Shown in pieces: positions 53,851 through 64,000 of a stretch of 64,000 bases of DNA (position 1 is the first letter of the stretch; every line of letters begins with the position of its first letter). Source of the DNA: an uncultured delta proteobacterium (GTDB lineage Bacteria; Desulfobacterota; Syntrophobacteria; Syntrophobacterales; Syntrophobacteraceae); the NCBI GenBank assembly GCA_963808625.1, contig CAWEHK010000033.1, positions 1-64,000 of the forward strand, in the 5' to 3' direction. Below the pieces are notes generated by a model that was given only the letters and a program-made list of their open reading frames with translations, was not told where the DNA came from and searched no databases. Made by a program: the position numbers and the translations under genes.

Positions 53851-56800
53851 TCAATCATTGTCAGCGATATTGACAACCGCACTCCGTGCCGATGGGACGG
53901 CAGCGTACGCTGTGGTGTCCACAAGATTGAGCTCAACGGTCTCGATCCCCTCAGCGATCGCGTCGTCAATTGGTGTAAGGGTGACATCGATGGCGCTTGC
54001 TCCGGCAGGAATGGTTGTCGTCAGCGGCAGATTCGCGTAGTCCGTCCCATTCGTCGCCGTGCCCGTGAAAGTGCATTTTATATCTAATGCGGACCCGGTG
54101 CTTCCGGTACGACTGATCGTAAATTTACCTGCCTTTGGTCCCGCTTCCGAGGCGTTGGGGTCTGTGGCAACAACGCTCACTTTCGGCATGTTGTCCCCTA
54201 GAATGGTGACCGTTCCTTTGTTTGGTGTACCGATCTGGTAGGCCGTCTCGTTGGCTGCCAGGGAGAGAATGACTGTCTGATTAGGCTCCGTTTGGTTGTC
54301 ATCGAGTGGGGTTATGGTGATGTTGATTGATGACTTACCCTTTGGAATGGAGACGGTCTTGGAGAGTTTCTGGTAATCAACACCATTAACAGCGGTACCG
54401 GCAACCGTGTATTTAACTGCCAGGGCGTTCGCTGTGGTCCCTGTTCGGGAAACCTTCAACTTTCCGGCATTGTCCGGCTTTGCAGCGATGGCATCGAACG
54501 CGGATAAGGTGACCGTTGGCAGATCATTTTCCCGTATGGTCATGGTGGCATTGTCGGGGGAGCCGCAACGGTACTTCGCATTGTCCAGGAGAGTGACCAT
54601 TACGGTCTTGTTCCCTTCATATTCCGCATTGTCAATGGGTTTTACTTGGATGTTTGCCGAGGCTGAACCGGCGGGAATCGTAAGAGAGCCTGAGAGGTGC
54701 GTATAATCAACGCCGTCCGCTGCTGTTGAGCCGGTTGTTGCATATTTTACCGTGAGGGCTGAGGTCAAAGAACCGATGCGGGTGACGGTGAATCTTCCGG
54801 TGAAAGTGCCTGCCTCGGTGATGCTTTTGTCCTTGGCGGTGACTGTCACAGAGGGTTTTTCCGCATTCACGATCGTAACCTTGGCACTGGTCGGCGAAGT
54901 GAGGGTGTAAGAGGCATTAGCGGTGAGGGTGAGGTCAACCGTTTCATTGCCGTCATTTTCCTGGTTCTTGATGGGGATGATGTCAATATTTGCCGAGGAT
55001 TGTCCCGCCGGAATGGTGCCAGTGGCCAGAATGGTCTGATAATCGACGCCGTTGGCAGCTTTCCCTCCAATGCTGTAATTAACGACCAACGAAGAAGTGG
55101 TGCTGCCGGTTCGAGAGATTTTGAACTGTCCATTATCGACAACGATCGTGGACGCTTTTGGGTCGGCCGCGGTGATGCTCACCTTGGGAAGATCGTTGTC
55201 GGCAATAGTGACGGTGGCGGTCGGTGGTGGCGAACCAATCGTATAGGCTGCATTGGTCGAGAGGGTCACCACAACCGTTTCCGGACCCTCAAATTCGGTA
55301 TCGTCGATAGGCGTTACCTTGATAACCGCTGAGGAGGCTCCTGTCGGAATCGTCACCGAACCGGTGAGGGATTGATAGTCGGTTCCCTTTGTTGCCGTAC
55401 CGCCAGTGGTGTACTTGACGGCGAGCGCCGCCTTGGTGATGCCGGTTCGGGTAACGGTGAATTGTCCGGTGTCCGTGCCGGGTTCGGAAGCATTGGGATC
55501 GGTCGCAGCGAGCGTAATCGCAGGGAGGTCGTTATCAACGATAGTGACCGATGCGCTCTTGGAGGAGCCCAAGGCATAGCCGGCGCCGGAAGTAAGGGTA
55601 AGGGTGACGGTTTCGTCGCCTTCGTAGTCCGTATCTTCTATCGCCGTTACCAATATGGTTGCGTAGGCCTGATCCGCAGGAATGGTCACGGATGTGGATA
55701 GACTGTTGTAATCAACTCCATTTGTTGCCGTCCCGCCGACGGTATAGTTTACCACCGATTCGGAATGGTTGTTGCCTATCCGCGAAACCCTGAACTGCCC
55801 TTCGGCTCCCCCCGCTTCACTCGTGTTGCGGATGAGATAAATGGATACTTCAGGGTTTTCATCATCCACGATGATGGCGGTTGCCTGATTTGGTGAACCA
55901 ATATAATAAGAGGCGCTGTCGGAAAGAGAGAGGATGACCGTCTTATCAAGATCTACCGTAGTATTATTCAATGCGGTCACGATGATATCGACGGAAGACT
56001 GACTAGCCGCCATGGTCACAATTTCGGGAAGGGTGCTGTAATTGCCGCCCGGCACAGCGGTACCGCTCATTTTGTAGTTCACTATTAGAGGCGCACTGAC
56101 GTCTCCGGTGCGAGATATCGTGAATATAGCCGTGTCATTTCCGGGTTCGGAGGCAACAGCATCGGTGGCGACAACCGTCACCGTCGGCCATTCGTCGTCG
56201 AGAATATTGATCGTGTCAACGGCAGGCGTTCCGATTGTGTATCCCGGGTTGGCCGCAAGGCTGACGATAATCGTCTCGGTCCCTTCGTAGAGTGAATCAT
56301 CGATACTGGCTACCTGAATGACCGTTGTCGTTGGAGTCAGCCGGTATGGTCACCGTACCGGAGAGGGCATTGTAGTCGACACCGGGGTCTGCCGTCCCGG
56401 CAGTGCCATAGTGGACGGTCAGGGGCAAAGCGGTATTGCCCGTTCGACTCACCGTCAAGACCCCGGGGTCTGTTCCGCTTTCAAAGCTGTTAGCGACCGT
56501 AGTGGAGATAGTCACCGTCGGGAGGTCGTTGTCATGAATGACGACCATGCCGTCCTTTGGGTCACCGACCGTGTAGAAATCATCGTTTTTCGAAAGGGTG
56601 ACGATTACTATTCTGTCGCCCTGGTATCCCGTATCGTCTTTGGGAATGACGAGCAAGTCCTGGGAAGCGCTTCCTCCCGGAATAGTCAGGGTGCCGTTGA
56701 GCTTCTGAAAATCCGTACCATTCTTTGCCGTGCCACTGACTTGGTAGTTCACCTGCAGCAGACTGATCTGGGTCGAATTGCGAGTGATGGTAAATCTCCC

Positions 56801-59800
56801 ATTCCTCGGCCCCGTCTCAGATGCATTGTCATCCACCGTAACAATAGTCACGGTGGGGAGATCGTTTTCATTAATGTAGAGGGTGGCACTGAAGGGAGAA
56901 CCGATCTTGTACCAGCCATTGCTGGCGAGGGTAAGTGAAACGAATTCGCGATCTTCAGGGATGGTGTCATCGATTGGAACAATCTGGATCGTCGCAGACA
57001 AAGCGCCGTCAGGAAGGACCACAGACGAGGGGATATAGCTGTAATCGGCACCATTCGTGGCTCGTACCGCCGATGGTATAGAAGACGGTCAGCGCCCCCG
57101 TGGTGTTTCCTGAACGCGAGACCTTGAATTCACCCGGGTCAGAGCCCTCCTCTGCGGCACGATTGTCATTCAAGGTAAGGGTCACCGTGGGCAGATCGTC
57201 ATCGGCAATCGTGACGGTGGCGTTATCAGAGGAGGCGGGGTTATAGAGTTCGTTGGCCAGGAGGGCAAGCTTGACCGTCTCCGGCCCTTCCAACAGGGTG
57301 TCGTTGATGGGTGCTAAGGTGATCGTTGCGGAAGGCGAATTCGCCGGTATCACAAGTGAGCCGGGTAGTGCAGCATAATCAGTCCCATTCGTTGCGGTGC
57401 CGCCTATGCCATAATAGACGGTCAGCGGACTCGTTGTGATCCCGGTCCGGGAAACCGTAAAGAGGCCGGAAACCGCCGGTTCGGCTGCATTGGGGTTCGT
57501 GGCGGCGATGGCAACGATGGGGCGATCATCATCGGCAATGCTCACGGTCGCGCTGCTTTGGGCGGCGATTTTATAGTTTTGAGCGGGCGAAATGGTCAAA
57601 ACTACCTCTTCGATACCTTCATAGTCGGTATCTTGCAAAGGAGCAACCAACACCGTGGCGGACGCAGCATATGCTGGAATCGTTACCGGGCTGGTGAGCA
57701 GGGCATAGTCGGTGCCGTTGGCTGCACTTCCGCTGACGCTGTAAGCCACAACCAACGGATTGGTTGTGCTCCCCGTGCGATACACCGTGAACTGACCTGT
57801 ATCCGGCCCCTTTTCCGCAGCATTGGCATCGGTGGCGACAAGCGAGACAATTGGCCGTACGTCATCGGCAATGGTAATAGTGGCCTTGGGAGGGGCTCCC
57901 ACATTATAGGAAGCGCTGCTTGAAATGGTGACGATAACGGTCTCTTCGCCCTCGATAACATCATCGCTGATTGGTGTTAGGGTGATCGTTTGCGAAGGCG
58001 AACCCGCTGGAATTACAAGCGAGCCGGAAAGCGCAGCATAGTCGTTTACAGCAGTTGCCGTACCGCTGGTGGTGTAGTTGACAGTCAAAGAGGAGGTGGT
58101 AATGCCGGTTCGCGTAACTGTGAGCAGACCTGGATTCGGTCCCATTTCCGAAGCATTAGGGGTGGTCGCAGCGATGCTCACCGTTGGCAGGTCATTGTCA
58201 TGGATGGTCACCATCGCATTGTTGGGCGATCCCAGCTGATATGAAGAATTGCTTGCCAGTGCGAGTACGACGGTCTCGTCGCCCTCATATTCCCCATCGT
58301 CTATCGGCCTCACTGTGACATTGGCCGATGATGAACCCGCCGGAATGGTCACCGAACCGGGCACCGTATTAGGCACCGTCGTGTAGTCGCCACCATTCAA
58401 GGCCGCACCGGCGAGGGTATAGTAGACCACCAGCGAAGAACTGGTGATGCCCGTTCGGGTAATCATAAATTGCCCGGGATCAGTGTCGGTCTCGGAAGCG
58501 TTCGGATCCGTTGCGGTGACTGTTACTGTCGGCAGATCATTGTCAACAAGGGTAATTCTCGCACTATTGGGTGAAGCGACATTGTAGAGGGCGCTTCCGG
58601 AAAGGGTGAGGATGATCGTCTCGTTTCCCTCGTATTCGGTGTCATCAACCGAGGTCACCAGAACAGTGGCTGAAGGGGCGCCGGCCGGAATTGTCGCACT
58701 GAGGGGGAGGGGAGCATAGTCAGACCCGCTCGCCGCCGTTCCACTGACAGTCCAGTTAACCGCCAGGGCAGAGCTGGTAATTCCGGTGCGAGAGATCTTG
58801 AATTCGCCCTTCAGCGGTCCAGATTCAAGGAAAGAGGAAGTGGTCGCCGCGACGGTCACTGACGGCAGGTCGTTATCGACAATGGTCAGGGTGGCGCTGG
58901 CGGGAGAGCCAACTTTATAAGTAGAATTCAGCAATATGGTCAACACGACCGTCTCAGGACCTTCGAATTCCTCATCATCGACCGGTGTCACGGTGATGAT
59001 CGAGGAAGATGAGCCCTGGGCAATAGTGACGGTTCCGGAGAGTTCTTTGTAGTCGGTGCCGTTAGTAGCCGTGCCGCTCACAACATACTTGACCGTCAGG
59101 GGGTTCGAGGTGTTCTCGGTTCGGTAAATGGTAAAACGCCCGGACTCTTGGTCCGCTTCATAAGCGGAGGGATCAGTCGCCGCAGTCGTCACTATCGGCA
59201 AATCGTTGTCGACGATGGTGATGGTGGCCGTAACGTTGGGACCGAGATTGTAGGAAGCATTCGGGGACAGGGTGAGGGTGACGGTTTCGTCTCCTTCATA
59301 GCCCGAGTCGTCAATGGGGGTTACAAAAATACTGGCGGTAGCAGCACCGACTGAAAAGGTTACGGTGCCGAAAAGCTGTCCGTAATCGCTGCCTGACGTA
59401 GCGGTGCCGCCAGCGCTGTAGCTGACGGTCAGAGGCGCGCTGGTTATGCCGGTGCGGGAGACGCTAAATTGAGCCGATCCTGGGCCCTGTTCCGGAACCG
59501 TGGCAACGGTGGTGGCGAGGGTTACCGTGGGCAGATCATTGTCGGCAATTGTGACTGTGCCGCTTTTGGCCAAACCGAGGACGTAGGATGGAGCGGAAGA
59601 AAGCGTGACCGTAACCGTCTCATCCCCTTCGTAATCCAAATCATCGATGGGTTTTACGGAGATTGCGGTTGAAGAGGCAAAGGCTGGAATGGTCACCAAG
59701 CCGTCGATCGCCTGAAAATCAACACCATCGGCGGCGGTGCCGCTGAGGATATAGTTTACGGTTAGAGGCGAAGAATTTATTCCGGTGCGGGAGACAATAA

Positions 59801-62800
59801 GTTGAGCCGATCCCGGGCCTTGCTCCGGAACCGTGGGAACCGTGGTGGCCATGGTCACCACTGGCAGGTCGTCATCGACAATGATCACGCTCGCGCTGAC
59901 GGTGCCAAGGTTGTATGCACTCGAGGATAAGAGGATGACGGTGACCGCCTCGTCCCCCTCGTAATCGAGGTCATCGGTGGGTTTTACGATTATTGAGGCT
60001 GTTGCAACCCCGGCAGGGATGATAACTGAACCGGGGAGCTTCTCGAAATCGACGCCATTAGAAGCAGTGCCTCCGACGGCGTAATTCAAGGTTAGAGGAG
60101 AGGTGGTTATACCCGTTCGCGAAACAGTAAATTGCCCTGCTCCCAGGCCCTGTTCCGGGACCGTGGCAATCGTTGCTGCAATACTGACGGTCGGTAAATC
60201 GTTGTCAAGAATAGAAACCGCCGCAGTGTTCTGTAAGCTAACATCGTAAAGAGCTCCGCTGATGATGGTCAGTTCGACCGTTTCCGTACCTTCATAGGCC
60301 TGATCATCAATGGGGGAAACGGTGATGGTTAGCAGACGAAAGGCCAGCCGGAATGGTGACGGACCCAGGCAAGGAATCGTAATCCGCTCCGTTTGCGGCG
60401 GTCCCGCTGACCATGTAGTTTACCGTAATGGGTACATTCCTGGAATCTGAACAATTAATCGTAAATTGGCCTTTGTCTGCGCCCGGTTCGGATGCCACCG
60501 GATCGGTTGCGGTGACGCTGATCAGAGGTTTGGTCACGGTGATGTAGGAATTCTTGGTCAGAGTATCGGTCCCGCCAAAGCCGCTGACACTCAAACTCAC
60601 GGTGTAGCTGCCGGGCGAGGCATATATGTGGCCTGGGTTCTGAACGGTGCTCGAGTTGCCATCTCCAAAATCCCAGAACCAGCTTGAGAAAGCTCCTTCG
60701 GACGCATCCGTAAATTGAACCGTAAGAGGAAATGTGCCAATCGATTTATTGGCACTGAAATTGGCCAAAAGAGCGTTGAGTTTCGCTACGAAAGCGTCCG
60801 ATCCGGCAGTGTTAAAGGTCATGAATGCGTTCAGAGTGGCAGGAAAATCGAGAGACGAAGTCTTTCCGGTGACATAGACATTGCCGATGGTCCTCGCGGC
60901 AATGCAGTAGCCGATGTCGGCGGCACTGCCCCCAAGGTAGGTGGAGTAGTCGATTTTGTCTCCCGCGGCGCTGATTCTGGTGACAAAGGCATCGGAGCTT
61001 CCTCCACCGTAAATATTTTGGACGGCCTTGACGGTGGGGAAATTGCCGGAGGTTCTGCCGGCAGCGTAGGCGTTGCCATTGCTGTCGACGGCAATGGCGT
61101 AGCCGACGTCGCTGCCTCCGCCCCCGAGAAATGTTGCATAGGAAAGGGCATCTCCCTGGGAGGAGACCTTCGCCACAAAGGCATCGGCGTCGCCGCCGCC
61201 ATAAGTGCTCTGGATGGCATTGGTGTGGGGAAAGTTGGGAGAGGAAGTCTTGCCGGTCACATAAGCTTGGCGGCTGCCGTCAACAGCGATGCCGCGAGCA
61301 AAATCGGCATTGCTGCCGCCCAGAAAGGTCGAATAGGCAACCTGCCCGGATGTGCCCAGGATCTTCATGACAAAGGCATCGGCGTCTCCGCCACCGTACG
61401 TATCCTGAAACCCTCCGGGAACAGGGAAATCCGACGAAGCCGTCTCGCCGGCCACGTAAATACTTCCGTTATCGTCCAAAGCGATGGCATAAACAGAGTC
61501 GGCCTGGGTGCCTCCGATAAAAGTGGAATAAGGGACCGCTATTCCAAGATTGTTGAGTTTCACCACAAAAGCATCGGAATAACCACCGCCGTAAATGTGC
61601 TGCAAAGCGGACCCGAAGATGGGGAAGTCGGGGGATGAGGTCACACCACCGACATAAGCCTGGCCGAACTTGTCCACGGAAATACCTTGGCCAACGTCAT
61701 CAAGACTTCCTCCGAGATAGGTGGAGTAGATCAGAGCCGTACCGGTGGTGTTCAATTTGACCGCGAAGGCATCGGAATAGCCTGTGCTCCCGGGTGCATT
61801 GGGGAAGGCGCTGGCGGTTGTCGGAAAGTCGTCGGAAGCGGTTTCACCCGTTATGTAAGCGTAGCCGAGACTATCCACTGCAATACCGAGGCCGCTGTCC
61901 GTATCATTGCCTCCGAGGTAGGCAGAATATACGAGGGCGGTTCCCGTGGCATTGAGCTTGGTAACGAACACGTCCGCATCGCCACCTGCGTAGGGGCCAA
62001 GGCCCGGCATCGTGGTCGGCAAATTGGTGGATGATGTCTTTCCGGCAAAATAAGCATTGCCCTGCGCGTCAACGGCGATGGCATTGCCGGAATCGCTTCC
62101 GAGGCCCCCAAGATAGGTCGAATAAACCAGCACCGGGTCGATGATGAGAGGGTAATCTCGGTGGTAGGAAGCAATATCAAACCCAAAGATCAACTCCGTG
62201 TTCTCCGGTGATGTTCCGGGAGACCCGGGTTCAATATGGAACCCTCCTTCAACATCAAAACGTTTTCCGTTGATTTCCTGATAGACAACCGGTTTCCGAT
62301 GAGTCAGGCTCCCACCGTCGGGAAGCTGTAACCACAAATCTCCACCGGGGGTGATGCCGAAATCCTGAATGCCTTGGTATCCGAATCTAACCCGCGATGG
62401 ATCAGCGCCGGGTTTTACGATGACGTCGTATTCCAGGGCGTGGTTTGAACCGTAAAACTTGATGTCGACTCCGGGATAGGCTTCGTGATATACGACAGAC
62501 CCGTAAGTCGCGATGTTGGTCCTCCACTTCCCCGGATCCTTTCCGATAAAGTAGTTAACCTTGCCTTCCTGTTGCTGTTGACCGTCAATTCGACCGCCTC
62601 TCTGCATGCCAACGGGGAAGAGACGAACCCGCGAGAATTCGGGGCCTCTTCCTCTATTCGGGGAGCTCACCTTGTCGCCGGATCGAACCGGGGATCGGGC
62701 TTCGGATTCAGACAGGAGGGGGGCGAAGGATTTTTCGAAACTGAAAACCACGTCGTCTTCGGAGAAGAGGATGGAATGTCCAGGACCTTTTTCGTAATAT

Positions 62801-63033
62801 TTTACCCTGTCGGGGAGCTGCCCGTCATTCTTGATAAAATAGAGGGGAATTTTGCCATACATCCCAATTTGCGGTGGCGTATTCTCAATCACTGACAGGG
62901 CCGTGGAAAGCCCGAAGAAGATGAAAGGGCAGAGGAGTGTGATTAACAGGAGCAAGAGAAGGCTGCCCCTTGACCGGCCACGGAATAGATCAAGTCCCGT
63001 TAGGCATCTTCTGATAGCTTTCATTTTCCCCAT
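53851..63033 (-). CDS. Giant (~3060 aa) surface protein: signal/TM, SBBP beta-propeller, PKD, about 20 Calx-beta-like repeats; split by 3 or more frameshifts
   Basis: ORFs 60307-63084, 57009-60089, 56297-57022 and 53851-56181 are collinear; YSTYLGG repeats, WDFGDG, repeated DNDLPTV..A.DP.ASE..G.F..SRTG..DY..L...TIPAG...P.DD..EG.ETV. Confidence 0.88.
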
Positions 63034-63097
63034 CTCCTTTGGTTGCGATTTGCTTAAACTGGAATGAATCAAATGAGTGTCCATGATATTGAGTGCT

Positions 63098-64000
63098 CTA
63101 TTTCCCGCGGCCTGACGATATCAACTCTCTAATTCCCAACTCCTCCGCCCGCGACTCAACTCTTTGAACAATCGCGGGATCCATCACAATATCCTCGGGC
63201 CAGTCACGAAGGTGCTGGTCTTCAGGTCCTTTTTTTGTGGCATCGATGACGATACGGTTGTCCCTTCTAATAAGATCGCGCTTGGGATCGACGTTGTTGA
63301 AAACCTTCCATAACACCAATGAAGCATCCTTCAAATCGATGTAGCTGTCGTACAGGACGACTATGGAGAAGGCCGCCAAGGTCTCACAATTCAGTAGATC
63401 TTCGGCCACTTCGCGACCGTTATGTTTTCCGTCCTTCTGAAAGCTGAGAAGCAGCAAACGGTGCTTCGTATACAAACGGGGAACATGGAAAGTCACCAGC
63501 AGGGATGAGATTTCCCGCAGTGCATCGGCTATAAGCAATTCGGAGGGAATCGGCAGGGAATCACTCGGGCGGCGGCGATGCTTCTCCTCGGGTAAACGCC
63601 TGGTGGCGTCAATTCCAAGCTTCGCTCCAAAGAGGGGTTCGGGTGCACTGTGGTCAAGAACATCGAGAACCCCCTCGGAAACATAAAGATCCGATCCCAG
63701 ATCAACCTCGTTCAATAGGGTCTCGAGAACCTTTCGGGGTGAACCCAAATCCACCTCCGCATCCACCAGGACTAATGCTTTACAGAAGCTCATTTGTCCC
63801 TGTCCCCACAAGGCGCTCATGACCCGACGAGCATGTCCGGGATATTCCTTGCCCATGGAAATGACGGTGAGGTTGTGAAAAACCCCTTCCCACGGCATCC
63901 AGAAATCCCGGATTTCCGGCAGGACGGCATTGAGAAGCGGCAGGAAAATCCGTTCCGTCGCCTTGGCAAGATAGCAGTCTTCCATGGGAGGGCGCCCTAC
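63098..64000 (-). CDS. UbiD-family decarboxylase, C-terminal part (5' end outside the window)
   Basis: GRPPMEDCYLAKATERIFLP, EGVFHN, YPGHAR, WGQGQM, DVLDHS, KLGIDAT. Confidence 0.9.
   Translation of the reverse strand, partial: VGRPPMEDCYLAKATERIFLPLLNAVLPEIRDFWMPWEGVFHNLTVISMGKEYPGHARRVMSALWGQGQMSFCKALVLVDAEVDLGSPRKVLETLLNEVDLGSDLYVSEGVLDVLDHSAPEPLFGAKLGIDATRRLPEEKHRRRPSDSLPIPSELLIADALREISSLLVTFHVPRLYTKHRLLLLSFQKDGKHNGREVAEDLLNCETLAAFSIVVLYDSYIDLKDASLVLWKVFNNVDPKRDLIRRDNRIVIDATKKGPEDQHLRDWPEDIVMDPAIVQRVESRAEELGIRELISSGRGK

Noticed and set aside
36500..63000. Numerous long antisense or overlapping ORFs in the track
   Set aside because: Shadow frames of well-supported genes in GC-rich coding DNA

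Overview
Bacterial chromosomal segment whose gene content and order suggest a Desulfobacterota/Syntrophobacterales-like anaerobe (inference). It has two halves separated by tRNA-Arg(TCT) at 35645-35721 (minus strand). Left (1-35600) is a mosaic, partly decayed accessory island off the tRNA 3' end. It holds a small tyrosine recombinase, a DUF932 protein, many short cassette-like genes, two families of dispersed non-coding repeats, a ~615 bp duplication, a group IIC intron remnant, a degenerate attC-like site, a UxxC DsbA/FrnE selenoprotein, a GluR0-like channel, and a soluble PAS-kinase/NarL/Cache module with two paralogous uncharacterised small repeat proteins. Right (35700-64000) is core genome: lysS-lolE-lolD-bamA-skp-lpxD-fabZ-lpxA-[lpxI::Gfo/Idh/MocA fusion]-lpxB, an isochorismatase, a LysM amidase, an aroF-tyrA operon, a DtxR/MntR regulator, a ~3060 aa SBBP-PKD-Calx-beta surface protein and a UbiD-family gene. 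The best finding is an unannotated Tyr-rich leader peptide (MFTKYYRYYYC...) before aroF-tyrA, with a complete attenuator and tandem terminators. Many genes, including essential ones, carry single-base frameshifts that are most likely sequencing/assembly indels, so pseudogene calls based on frameshifts alone are unreliable. All family assignments come from motif recognition; no database searches were run.
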